This document shows, piece after piece, positions 25,385-34,769 of a stretch of DNA of 64,000 bases. The stretch is from a virus. A model generated the notes under the pieces. It was not told where the DNA came from. It saw only the letters and a program-made list of their open reading frames with translations, and searched no databases. Where the stretch lies: positions 1 to 64,000 of the IMG/VR virus record IMGVR_UViG_3300007735_000800. One strand, 5' to 3'. Both the position numbers and the translations under genes were made by a program. How positions within the stretch are numbered: the first letter of the stretch is position 1; the number at the start of each line of letters is the position of its first letter.

Positions 25385-26412
25385 ATTTCATTGCTCTCAA
25401 ATACGTTGTTAATGGTTCTGTTGACTCTTATCAGTCTACCACGATTATAGAGATCTGGCAAGTCAAAAGCACCAACATATGAACAAGCAGATCTAATCCC
25501 ACCAAAAATTTCTTGAATGGTCTTTTTTACAGATCCCTTATAAGGAACCTCAACTGTTCTTCCTTCAGAGGCTCTGTAATCAGAAAGACCACCATTGTAT
25601 TTTTCATTTGCTGTTTTACTACTCATTCCGTAATGGAGCATTTTTAGCTCTCCATGTTCTCCATGTCTTATTTCACCGCCACACTCATCGTGACCGGCAA
25701 AGATACCACCAGCCATCACAAATGCAGCACCAGCAACAAATGATTTTGCAAAATCACCTGGATGAATTATACCACCATCAGCAACGATCCCAATACCTAA
25801 CGCATTTGCGGTTTCCACACACTCTAGCACCGCTGAGAGCTGTGGGTACCCCACTCCGGCTATTCTCCTGGTCAAACACATTGATCCCGATCCTATTCCC
25901 ACTTTTACCAGATCTGCACCAGCCTCTGACAATGCCACGACCCCCTCTGGGGTTACTATATTTCCTGCAATCAATATCGATTTCGGCCATTTTTGTCTAA
26001 CCTTTCTTGTAAAATTATGAAATTCTTTCATGTAGCCATTAGCTACATCTACGCAAACAAATGTAGGGTCACTTATACTTGATGTGTCTACAAACAATTT
26101 ACTATCAGAATCCAATCCAAGAGTTAAAGTTACATATTTTTCTCTATCAGGATAGCTTGTAGCAAAGTTAGAATAATAGTCTCCACCTTTTCTCAGACAC
26201 GTAACAACTTTATATTCTGAAAGAGCCAAGGCCATATTGTGTGTTCCTATTGTTGACATATTTGCCGCCATAATAGGAACTCCAGACCAAGTTGATCCTG
26301 AATTTAAAACAGTATCCACTTCAAGGGATACATCTTTTCTAGATTTTACATCACTTATTCCCGGTACAATCAGAACATCATTATAATCTAATTTAGTGTC
26401 GTTTATTGTCAT
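25381..26412 (-). CDS. guaC: GMP reductase
   Basis: LDYNDVLIVP..SRKDVSL; KVGIGSGSMCLTR; GYPQLSAV; YGMSS; YRASEGRTVEVPYKG. Confidence 0.93.
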   Translation of the reverse strand: MTINDTKLDYNDVLIVPGISDVKSRKDVSLEVDTVLNSGSTWSGVPIMAANMSTIGTHNMALALSEYKVVTCLRKGGDYYSNFATSYPDREKYVTLTLGLDSDSKLFVDTSSISDPTFVCVDVANGYMKEFHNFTRKVRQKWPKSILIAGNIVTPEGVVALSEAGADLVKVGIGSGSMCLTRRIAGVGYPQLSAVLECVETANALGIGIVADGGIIHPGDFAKSFVAGAAFVMAGGIFAGHDECGGEIRHGEHGELKMLHYGMSSKTANEKYNGGLSDYRASEGRTVEVPYKGSVKKTIQEIFGGIRSACSYVGAFDLPDLYNRGRLIRVNRTINNVFESNEI

Positions 26413-26443
26413 TGACTATATAATGGCACAATATCTTTGAGTG

Positions 26444-26623
26444 TCAATTAATATTTTCTTCTTCAATTTTTTTTATTATATCCCTGAGAGATATCATCTT
26501 TTGGGCAAGTTCTTTTGAAGACAATTTTTCTTTTAAATAGTTCTCGTAATTGGATATTACTAATTTTGCTTCTCTGAAGAGCAAAGCATAAAGATGATCT
26601 TTTTTTGTGTTTGGTGTATCCAC
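26444..26623 (-). CDS. small hypothetical protein (59 aa, GTG start; not in ORF track)
   Basis: hand translation MDTPNTKKDHLYALLFREAKLVISNYENYLKEKLSSKELAQKMISLRDIIKKIEEENIN; AATAAATA 5 nt upstream. Confidence 0.65.
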   Translation of the reverse strand: MDTPNTKKDHLYALLFREAKLVISNYENYLKEKLSSKELAQKMISLRDIIKKIEEENIN

Positions 26624-26631
26624 AAAAATAT

Positions 26632-27330
26632 TTATTCAATTTCACTTGAATCGTCGCGGACGAAACGAATTAAAGTTTCCAAATAAAAAGAAGACCAGTC
26701 TCCTTTTATTAAATTCCACACCAAAATTCTTCTTCCGGCCAAACCCGAAAATGCATCATATCTAACATCTGATTGAGATTGTGGAACAAGTTCTTCTGAA
26801 AGAGTACATATTAATCTATCCGCTCTTCCATCTATTCTTACAAATTCTACGGTACATATACCGCTCAAAAGTTCGAATAGGAGCTCTGTTTGAGATATAT
26901 AGCTTGCTTTGAAGTATTTTTCTTTTGTTGTTATTACAATTTCTGCCAATTGATCTACTGAGGGATCGTATGTTTTATTTTCTGCCAAAGCTGTAGTAAA
27001 TTTTATAAAATTTTCAGAAGAACCAAAATATCCTTTTAAAAAGTCATTAAAAAGTTTGTCTTTTGTTGATATAGTTTTGTATAAAGATGATCTGTAATCT
27101 GATTCAAAATAATCTTCTACTTGTTTATCTTCGATATAGGAAGGATCGGCCACTTCAGAATCTAAAAAAGAATCTTCTATGTCTTTTTGCTGTTTATTAT
27201 ATGTTTCGGGATCATATACCAAATGTGAAAAAAGAACATCATTTTTTACAGGATTTTTATAAATGTTTTCTCCTATGGGAGGTACATTTGGTAACAACAA
27301 ATCTGGTGTTTTATCTTCTTCTTCTGCCAT
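26632..27330 (-). CDS. hypothetical with C-terminal WYL_2/DUF2693-like domain
   Basis: LLSGICTVEFVRIDGRADRLICTL...VWNLIKGDWSSFYLETL. Confidence 0.6.
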   Translation of the reverse strand: MAEEEDKTPDLLLPNVPPIGENIYKNPVKNDVLFSHLVYDPETYNKQQKDIEDSFLDSEVADPSYIEDKQVEDYFESDYRSSLYKTISTKDKLFNDFLKGYFGSSENFIKFTTALAENKTYDPSVDQLAEIVITTKEKYFKASYISQTELLFELLSGICTVEFVRIDGRADRLICTLSEELVPQSQSDVRYDAFSGLAGRRILVWNLIKGDWSSFYLETLIRFVRDDSSEIE

Positions 27331-27578
27331 TAAAATTCAAATATTGTTTTATTTTTATCTGAATTGTAAGATTTTAATTTTTCTTTTTTTGTTTCTAGAT
27401 ATTGCAAAAATACATTTTCAAGTTGTTTTGGAAGTTCTACAAAGTATTTTGTAAAGGGTTTTCTTTTTTCCTTTTCAATATCCAATAATATGTTTTCAAA
27501 ATCCCTTATTAAAGATGTTTTATTTTCCGGGGATATTTTTGATAAAACAAACTTTAAATTTTCTTCTTTTTTTATCAT
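27330..27578 (-). CDS. hypothetical protein
   Basis: coupled ORF. Confidence 0.6.
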   Translation of the reverse strand: MIKKEENLKFVLSKISPENKTSLIRDFENILLDIEKEKRKPFTKYFVELPKQLENVFLQYLETKKEKLKSYNSDKNKTIFEF

Positions 27579-27799
27579 TGATCAAAAGGCATTCCAAAGC
27601 TTTTTCGCTGTGGTTTAAAATCTTGTAAAAGTTTCTGTCTATAGTCTTCATGGTTTATTTTTGGCTGTGGAATGTAGTTAACGGAAGAATTGGATCTTTT
27701 GTACTCTTCAGATAAAGGTGAAACCTTATTTTTATGTTTTTTGTGCAATTCTGCTATTGTTTCTTCCAAAGATTTTTTATTATTTTGTGAGTTCAACAT
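27575..27799 (-). CDS. hypothetical protein
   Basis: SD gagga and GATAAATA upstream. Confidence 0.6.
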   Translation of the reverse strand: MLNSQNNKKSLEETIAELHKKHKNKVSPLSEEYKRSNSSVNYIPQPKINHEDYRQKLLQDFKPQRKSFGMPFDQ

Positions 27800-27837
27800 A
27801 AAAATTATTCCTCTAGTTATTTATCATAAATATTCAT

Positions 27838-28638
27838 ATGGTACCAGTAACACGCCAAGAATTCATAGATTATTGCTATAGATCTTTAGGAGCTCCAGTA
27901 GTTCAAATAAATGTAGATCCTTTGCAGGCAGAAGATAGATTGGATGAGGCTTTGGAGTATATGTATGAGCGTCATTTTGATTTCAATCAAAGGGCGCTAT
28001 ATCTTTATCAAATCACTCAAAACGATATTAACAACAAATATTTTGACACAACCCAATTCGGTCCAGCTTTGGGCGCGACAGGATCATGGCCTCTGGCCAC
28101 AGACATTAGAACAATAACAAAAGTGTATAGACCATCAGACGTTTCTGGTGACTACATGTTTGATCTAAGATATCAATTGACATTATTCGATTTCTTTGGT
28201 TTGTATTTTAACCAGGGTGGAATGCAGACTGGACCCATGGCAAGTTACATGGAATCGATGAGTTACTTGAAATTAATAAATGATGTTTTTAATTATCCAG
28301 TATCATATACATTTACAAAAACAACCAATAGATTGTTTTTGGATACGCAATATTCAGCTCTAGTTCCTGGAAGTTATCTTTTGGTTGAAGCTTATGTTCA
28401 AATTAACCCATCTGAATATCCAAAAGTTTGGGCAGATCGTGTATTTAAAAAATATTACACAGCATTATTGAAAAAACAATGGGCACAAAATTTAATGAAA
28501 TTTGCAGGAGTGCCTTTACCGGGTGGGGCACAGCTTAATGCCGGTGCCCTAATGGCTGAAGCAACCAATGAATTGGCTGCAATAGAAGAAAAACTGATAA
28601 AAACGCAAGAATTGCCTCCAGACCCATTAATAGGATAA
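27838..28638 (+). CDS. gp13: neck protein gp13
   Basis: TRQEFIDYCYRSLGAPVVQINV; KKQWAQNLMKFAGVPLPGGAQLN; PPDPLIG. Confidence 0.95.
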   Translation: MVPVTRQEFIDYCYRSLGAPVVQINVDPLQAEDRLDEALEYMYERHFDFNQRALYLYQITQNDINNKYFDTTQFGPALGATGSWPLATDIRTITKVYRPSDVSGDYMFDLRYQLTLFDFFGLYFNQGGMQTGPMASYMESMSYLKLINDVFNYPVSYTFTKTTNRLFLDTQYSALVPGSYLLVEAYVQINPSEYPKVWADRVFKKYYTALLKKQWAQNLMKFAGVPLPGGAQLNAGALMAEATNELAAIEEKLIKTQELPPDPLIG

Positions 28639-28639
28639 T

Positions 28640-29290
28640 ATGCCAACAAACCCATACTTTTCCAATTATCAAGGAGAACAGGATTTAGTAGAAGGTATCA
28701 CGATAGAAGTGATACAAGCTACTGGCGTGGATTGTATTTACATACCTAGAGAATATTTGTCAATTGATAAAATTTTTGGAGAAGACCCTGGTTCATATTT
28801 TAATAATGCATATAAATTGGAGATGTACTTACAAAGTTATAAAGGTTTTGAAGGTACCGACATTGTTACGCAATTTGGCCTTGAAATACGAGATAAAGTT
28901 TACTTGGTATTTGCAAGAAAAAGATTTAAACAAGAAGTTACAGATAAAAATTCTAATATTAAAAGACCCAGAGAAGGTGATTTAATTTATTTTCCACCTT
29001 CAAAATCTTTATTTGAGATAAACTTTGTAGAACATGAAAATCCATTTTATCCTCTTGGAAGACTGTATTCTTATTTCATAACCGCAGAGTTGTTCACTTA
29101 TAGCTATGAAAAAGTACAAACACCGATTGATCAAATCAATAAGGTCATGTCAGAAACAAGACAAACAAATTATGAAAACATGTTTGTATTAAATAATGGA
29201 ACGGGATCGTTTAATCCCGGAGATACGGTTCAATTATATACATCAACTATACCATTTCCAAATACATTTAACTTTAATGAGATCACATAA
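28640..29290 (+). CDS. gp14: neck protein gp14, N-terminal part
   Basis: TNPYF; EQDLVEGITIEVIQ; RPREGDLIYFP..LFEINFVEHENPFYPLG; lacks the NPFG tail. Confidence 0.9.
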   Translation: MPTNPYFSNYQGEQDLVEGITIEVIQATGVDCIYIPREYLSIDKIFGEDPGSYFNNAYKLEMYLQSYKGFEGTDIVTQFGLEIRDKVYLVFARKRFKQEVTDKNSNIKRPREGDLIYFPPSKSLFEINFVEHENPFYPLGRLYSYFITAELFTYSYEKVQTPIDQINKVMSETRQTNYENMFVLNNGTGSFNPGDTVQLYTSTIPFPNTFNFNEIT

Positions 29291-29292
29291 CT

Positions 29293-31986
29293 ATGGGATA
29301 CTTATGGAATAGATCATCTAGGCAACCAATACCCTACACCCATATAATGGGTTGGGGTAAGGTTGGAAATATTTTAAGTTACGGCACCAAGACATCTTTA
29401 AATGACTTTGCCGGAACAATTTCCTTTATAGAAGCAAGACCAACAGCATTTGGATTTAGTTATGAAGATGCGAATGTTTCCATGGAAAATGCTGTATTTT
29501 CTGGAAATATTGGTTGGGGAATATTTACAAAAAATGATGGTACAAAAATAACTAAAGGTGAAATGCAAGTAAATAATAATTCCATTCCATTAGATGTTCT
29601 CAGACCATGGTCATATTTAATAAGTGGTGCATCTGCTTACAATATAAATTTGGTAAATTCAAATATCATTTGCGCTGGTAGCAATTATTTTTTGGCTGCT
29701 TATGGAAACACTTTAATTGGTTTTGGTGGAAATTCGTATGGACAATGCAACCCACCAATTACTTCTACTGCAAATTTAATTCAAGTTTCAGCTGGATTTG
29801 GTCATTCGGTTGCTCTCTATAATGATGGGACAATATCTTCATGGGGGTTAAATAATAAAAACCAAACATCTGTTCCAGTTGGTTTAACGGCGAGTCAAAT
29901 AGCATCTGGTTATTATCATAATATTGCACTTAAGGGAGATAAAACTGTAGTATGCTGGGGTTCAAACGATGAAGGGCAGTGCAATGTCCCAGCGGGATTA
30001 AGTGGAATATCTTTTATTGCTGCTGGATTCAGACACAGTTTGGCAATAAGAGAAAATGGAACTGTTGTTTGTTGGGGTGACAATTCCAGCGGCCAATGTA
30101 ACGTTCCAGCTGGTGCAACTGGAGCTGCACAGATTGCCGGGGGTTCGGCACACACAGCTTTGTTGAAAGCCGATGGAAGTGTACTGTGTTGGGGTGGGAC
30201 TGGATTCAGACAATCCATTTTACCTGTTTTTCCGGATACAGCGTCAGATCCAGCAACACAATATGCAATATTTAAAAATCGACTTTATTCTCCTCTTGGT
30301 ATAACTGGTGCGGCAACAAAAGTATTTTGTACCGAAAACGCAACTTTTGCTTTATGTACTGGAAAAAGAGATAGAGGAAATTATATGTGGGCGGCTGTAC
30401 CAGGTACACTCGGATTAACTGGATTGGTTGCGGTTTATGCAACGCAATTCTTAATGGGCCCAACAGGTGCAAGCGCTATGAGTGGAATGTCTTTCTATAC
30501 AAAGTTAGAAGGATATGATCCTACAAGACATGATTACTATACTTACCCCAGTCAACCATCATACGGTCAATCTGTGTGGCCAAATGGAATTAATACTGCT
30601 TGGTGGAGTAATCAAAAATTAGACAAATGTTGGGTATCTGGATATCAACCAAATGGTATTTACAAGATATATGATTCATATTTTTCACCACCTGATCTTA
30701 GTGGATGTTCTATTAGACCAAGGCAATGGGGTGCTCCTTGGATAGAAAGTTCTTTAGATGCTATGCACAATATTTTGGGTTATATTAGAAAAAATACAAC
30801 CGAATATGGTTGGAACAATTTTAATTCAGGATATTGGCCAAACATAATAATCACCAAAAAACACACAGTGTGCATCGGCCACTATGCAGGAAATAATACA
30901 AATCTTTATGGCGTAAGATGGTTGAGGCGAGATGGCACCGTTATAACAAGAGATTTGACAAGAATTTCTAATCTGTATTTTCAAAGTGTTGGTGTGAATC
31001 CAGATTTATACTTATACGAAATGAATACTGAATTAACTCAGGATGATTTAAATAATATTTCAGTATATAATGTATGGCCTAAATTTTCTGGATTTACTGG
31101 TTCTAAAACGATTGATACTTATGCATGGGTATGGAAAGGTTTAACTTACATAGATTACAACAGTATTGAAATGATGTCACAGGTAGGTCGTCGTCTATGG
31201 TATTTGGATGGGCAAGATAGAGTTTATTCTAAGAGAGTGTTGGGTACATATGCAAATCCACAAACAAATTATAGACCTACTATGTTAAAAACAATATCGG
31301 GCAAACCCCACAAATATGAACCGGATGATATTGAGTGCACCACTTTTCCTGGGGACAGTGGCACTCCTGTTTTTATAACAGCAGCAAGACAAACAGGATA
31401 CACTGAACCGTTGGAAGCCGCATATTTTGCGGGGCAGGGGATAACGGTAGGAAGAACTTTATTCTGTGGTACATTTGACTATGGAACCGGAGAATATGGA
31501 TCTACATTTGTTAATGAAATTAATTCTATTTTGATAAGCAGGGGTTTAACTGGAAATGAATTGATCAAACAAATAGATGTGGACTCTGTCGGTAAATCTC
31601 TACCATGGACTGCTCCTGTGACCGGATTTGACGAATACGCTTTGAATTCTAGTTCACCAAATTATTCAGGTGTTGTATCTGCAGCATTAGGAGGCCCAGA
31701 AACAAATACAGTCACCTTAATAGGTGAAGGTGTCGTAGATTCTTGGGATTCAACAAATAATATTTTGACGTTATCTGGTATAAGTGGTTCATTCCATACG
31801 CCAGGTTTAACATACTATTCTATAATACAAAATTTAAATGATTCTACTGTAAATTATTCGAAAATAAATCCATATATTATTCCAATAAATAATGGTTTGG
31901 GGACAACGGCTGGATCTAACAACATATTAGAATCTGAAGCAGCAGGATATACTTTTGATCCTAACAATCCATTTGGAGATGAATAA
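29293..31986 (+). CDS. RCC1/BLIP-II repeat + trypsin-like protease domain + gp14-type C-terminus
   Basis: WG.N..GQCNVP...IAAG..HS repeats; CIGHY, PDLYL, PGDSGTP triad motifs; ends LESEAAGYTFDPNNPFGDE. Confidence 0.75.
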   Translation: MGYLWNRSSRQPIPYTHIMGWGKVGNILSYGTKTSLNDFAGTISFIEARPTAFGFSYEDANVSMENAVFSGNIGWGIFTKNDGTKITKGEMQVNNNSIPLDVLRPWSYLISGASAYNINLVNSNIICAGSNYFLAAYGNTLIGFGGNSYGQCNPPITSTANLIQVSAGFGHSVALYNDGTISSWGLNNKNQTSVPVGLTASQIASGYYHNIALKGDKTVVCWGSNDEGQCNVPAGLSGISFIAAGFRHSLAIRENGTVVCWGDNSSGQCNVPAGATGAAQIAGGSAHTALLKADGSVLCWGGTGFRQSILPVFPDTASDPATQYAIFKNRLYSPLGITGAATKVFCTENATFALCTGKRDRGNYMWAAVPGTLGLTGLVAVYATQFLMGPTGASAMSGMSFYTKLEGYDPTRHDYYTYPSQPSYGQSVWPNGINTAWWSNQKLDKCWVSGYQPNGIYKIYDSYFSPPDLSGCSIRPRQWGAPWIESSLDAMHNILGYIRKNTTEYGWNNFNSGYWPNIIITKKHTVCIGHYAGNNTNLYGVRWLRRDGTVITRDLTRISNLYFQSVGVNPDLYLYEMNTELTQDDLNNISVYNVWPKFSGFTGSKTIDTYAWVWKGLTYIDYNSIEMMSQVGRRLWYLDGQDRVYSKRVLGTYANPQTNYRPTMLKTISGKPHKYEPDDIECTTFPGDSGTPVFITAARQTGYTEPLEAAYFAGQGITVGRTLFCGTFDYGTGEYGSTFVNEINSILISRGLTGNELIKQIDVDSVGKSLPWTAPVTGFDEYALNSSSPNYSGVVSAALGGPETNTVTLIGEGVVDSWDSTNNILTLSGISGSFHTPGLTYYSIIQNLNDSTVNYSKINPYIIPINNGLGTTAGSNNILESEAAGYTFDPNNPFGDE

Positions 31987-32657
31987 TGTTTCCCAATGAA
32001 TACTATAATAATAGAAGTTTAAGAAAATTGGTAGTAGGTTTTGGATCTCTATTCAGTGATATAAACATTCATCATACTATGAAATCTGGTAATGCGAGTG
32101 AAGATATACAGATCAAAGTACCAATAACCTACGCACCACAAGAAAAATTTATTAGAAGATTGTTGGAACCATCATCAATTTCAGATGGAACAAGAATAGA
32201 AACTCAACTTCCAAAAATGAGTTATATAATGAGCTCCGTCAATCCCGATCCTTCTAGAAGAATAAACAAATTAACTTCTCTTCAAGCTACTACCGGGTCT
32301 GCTGGAGATTGTAGTAACACTGGATATGAAGTAACAGAAAGAATTCCGGTAAACGTAGCTTTTGTCTTGTATCTATATACAAGACATATAGATGATACTC
32401 TTCAAATAGTAGAACAAATTTTGCCTTATTTTAATCCAGATCACATAATTTCCATGGACATGAATAATGCACAAACCGATGTACGAATTCCAATTACATT
32501 AGTTTCAAATAACATAAATGAAAAATTTGATGGTGATTTTGGTGGTAGACGTGTAAACATATCATCATTATCTTTTGTTGCAAAATCATTTATATACGGA
32601 AAAGTAAAAGAACTTACAAAAATAGACACGTTTGACATAAATATTGATAGTCTTTAA
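31986..32657 (+). CDS. gp15: tail sheath stabiliser / terminator gp15
   Basis: YYNNRSLRKLVVGFGSLFSDI; VPITYAPQEKF; QIVEQILPYFNP. Confidence 0.93.
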   Translation: MFPNEYYNNRSLRKLVVGFGSLFSDINIHHTMKSGNASEDIQIKVPITYAPQEKFIRRLLEPSSISDGTRIETQLPKMSYIMSSVNPDPSRRINKLTSLQATTGSAGDCSNTGYEVTERIPVNVAFVLYLYTRHIDDTLQIVEQILPYFNPDHIISMDMNNAQTDVRIPITLVSNNINEKFDGDFGGRRVNISSLSFVAKSFIYGKVKELTKIDTFDINIDSL

Positions 32658-32659
32658 TT

Positions 32660-33103
32660 ATGAATATTAATAAAAATTTAGCTTCTTTTTTTAATGTGCC
32701 TCAAAATAATGTAGACAAAAAACCATCATCCGGTGGAACTTTTGACAGTGCAAATTTTCAAAAAGATTATGAGATGGTTCAATCCAATCTCAAAGATCTT
32801 ATTGGAAATGGAAACATAGCACTTGAAAGTGCTCTTAAAGTTGCAACAGAATCAGATTCTCCAAGAGCATTTGAAGTTGTTGCTATATTATTAAAAACAA
32901 TGGCAGATTTAAATAACAACGTTTTGGATGTACATAAAAAGGCAAAAGACACAACAGCTCCTCTAAAAACTGAGGTAAAGCAAACAAACAATTCTGTATT
33001 TATTGGGTCTACCAAAGATCTTCAAAATCTGTTAAATAAAGAAAGAAGTACTGAAAAAGATATTGTGGAAGCAGAAATTGTAAATGAGCAACAGCCAAAA
33101 TAA
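32660..33103 (+). CDS. gp16: terminase small subunit gp16
   Basis: KDYEMVQSNL; SDSPRAFEVVA; TNNSVFIGSTKDLQNLL. Confidence 0.93.
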   Translation: MNINKNLASFFNVPQNNVDKKPSSGGTFDSANFQKDYEMVQSNLKDLIGNGNIALESALKVATESDSPRAFEVVAILLKTMADLNNNVLDVHKKAKDTTAPLKTEVKQTNNSVFIGSTKDLQNLLNKERSTEKDIVEAEIVNEQQPK

Positions 33104-34736
33104 AGAAGGTTATAGAAACAATTCTAAACTAAAACTTCCAGGAGTTGAACTTAATTACACAGAAGATCAGCTCAAGGAGTATGTTAAATGCGCAAAAGAT
33201 CCTGTTTATTTTTGTGAAAAATACATAAAAGTAAAAACTCTTGATAAAGGAATTGTTCCATTCAATCTTTATCAGTACCAAAAAAACTTTGTAAATGCAA
33301 TTAATGATAATCGATTTGTAATTTCAAAATGGCCCCGCCAATGTGGTAAATCAACGTGTGTTACAAGTTATATTTGTCATTATATTAATTTTAATCAAAG
33401 CGTAAATGTAGCAATTCTTGCAAACAGATTGAAAACTGCTAAAGAAGAATTATTTTCAAAACTTCAATTGGCTTATGAAAACCTTCCACATTTTCTTCAA
33501 CAAGGCGTGGTTGAATGGAATAAAACTTCTTTTAAACTAGAAAATGGTTCTAGAGTTATGTGCGATGCCACCTCGTCTTCAGCAATTCGTGGTGGTTCAT
33601 ATAACTTGCTTCTTCTTGATGAGTATGCGTTCTTGCCCCCCCATGTTGCTGAAGAATTTTATACATCAACATATCCGACAATTTCTGCCGGTACAACAAC
33701 AAAGCTTATAATAGTATCTACACCCAATGGTATGAATCATTTTCATAAACTTTGGGTTGATGCAAATAGACCTTCTGGACACAAATTAAAAAATAAATTT
33801 GTTCCTCTTGAGGTTTCATGGAGAGAAACACCAATAAGTCCTGGAAAACCAGATCTGAGAAATGATAAATGGGCAGAAGAACAAATAGCCAATACAAGTC
33901 CAGAGCAATTTGAACAGGAATATGGGTGTAGTTTTCTTGGATCCTCAAATACATTAATTTCAACAACCAAATTGAGCGTACTTGCTCCCGAGGATTGTTT
34001 ATCAGAAGATTCAGAAGGATTAAAAATTTTTGAAAAAGCAGATAAAGACAAAGTCTATTTTTTGATGGCTGATGTCTCTAGAGGTCAGGGTTCAGATTAC
34101 TCCGCTTTTGTAGTTGTAGAGGGATCAAAGAGTCCATATAAAGTTGTGGCAACTTTTAGAAATAATACAATAAGTCCATTTGCATTTCCTAATGTGATTA
34201 AAAAGGTTGCAGAACAATATAACAATGCATATGTTTTGGTCGAGACAAATGACATAGGTGGTCAGGTTTCTGCTATCCTATACAATGACTTGAGTTATGA
34301 AAATGTACTGATGACACGGATGATGGGAAGAAAGGGACAAGTTCTTTCCCAGGGATTTGCAAGTGGCAAGAGCGAATTTGGTCTCAGAACAACAGCTCAA
34401 ACAAAAAAATTGGGCTGTGCAATATTAAAAAGATTGGTGGAAGAGGATAAAATTTTACTAAATGATGAAAGAATAATACAGGAATTGATGTCTTTCGTCT
34501 CAAAATCCAACACCTTCAAAGCAGAAGAAGGTCAGCACGATGATTTGGTAATGTCCTTGGTATTTTTTGCCTGGTTATGTCGCCAAGAATATTTTGCAGA
34601 TTTAATTGAATCTGCATATTTAAATTATGAAGAGGCAAAAAAACCAGAAGAAGAAAACACGTTGTTTATGTTAAGTAACACAAATGACGATGATGAAAAA
34701 TTCAGTGACGGTACCGCTGTTTGGTATCCCGCTTAA
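33084..34736 (+). CDS. gp17: terminase large subunit gp17
   Basis: PRQCGKST Walker A; LLLDEYAF Walker B; DVSRGQGSDYSAF; HDDLVM. Confidence 0.97.
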   Translation: MSNSQNKEGYRNNSKLKLPGVELNYTEDQLKEYVKCAKDPVYFCEKYIKVKTLDKGIVPFNLYQYQKNFVNAINDNRFVISKWPRQCGKSTCVTSYICHYINFNQSVNVAILANRLKTAKEELFSKLQLAYENLPHFLQQGVVEWNKTSFKLENGSRVMCDATSSSAIRGGSYNLLLLDEYAFLPPHVAEEFYTSTYPTISAGTTTKLIIVSTPNGMNHFHKLWVDANRPSGHKLKNKFVPLEVSWRETPISPGKPDLRNDKWAEEQIANTSPEQFEQEYGCSFLGSSNTLISTTKLSVLAPEDCLSEDSEGLKIFEKADKDKVYFLMADVSRGQGSDYSAFVVVEGSKSPYKVVATFRNNTISPFAFPNVIKKVAEQYNNAYVLVETNDIGGQVSAILYNDLSYENVLMTRMMGRKGQVLSQGFASGKSEFGLRTTAQTKKLGCAILKRLVEEDKILLNDERIIQELMSFVSKSNTFKAEEGQHDDLVMSLVFFAWLCRQEYFADLIESAYLNYEEAKKPEEENTLFMLSNTNDDDEKFSDGTAVWYPA

Positions 34737-34769
34737 AATTATAAATATTTTTATAATTTAGGGAAAACC

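Noticed and set aside
24815-26000. Plus-strand ORFs 24815..25450 and 25608..26000
   Set aside because: Antisense to well-supported denV-like and guaC genes, with no recognisable motifs or start signals
26463-26645. ORF-track 60-aa ORF MKLNKYFCG
   Set aside because: Another frame (26444..26623) fills the gap exactly, has a late box 5 nt upstream and reads as a more natural helical protein
29270-29295. Readthrough or frameshift joining gp14 to the RCC1-protease ORF
   Set aside because: The stop is TAA, the ORFs are out of frame, the -1 frame is closed by TGA at 29278 and there is no slippery sequence
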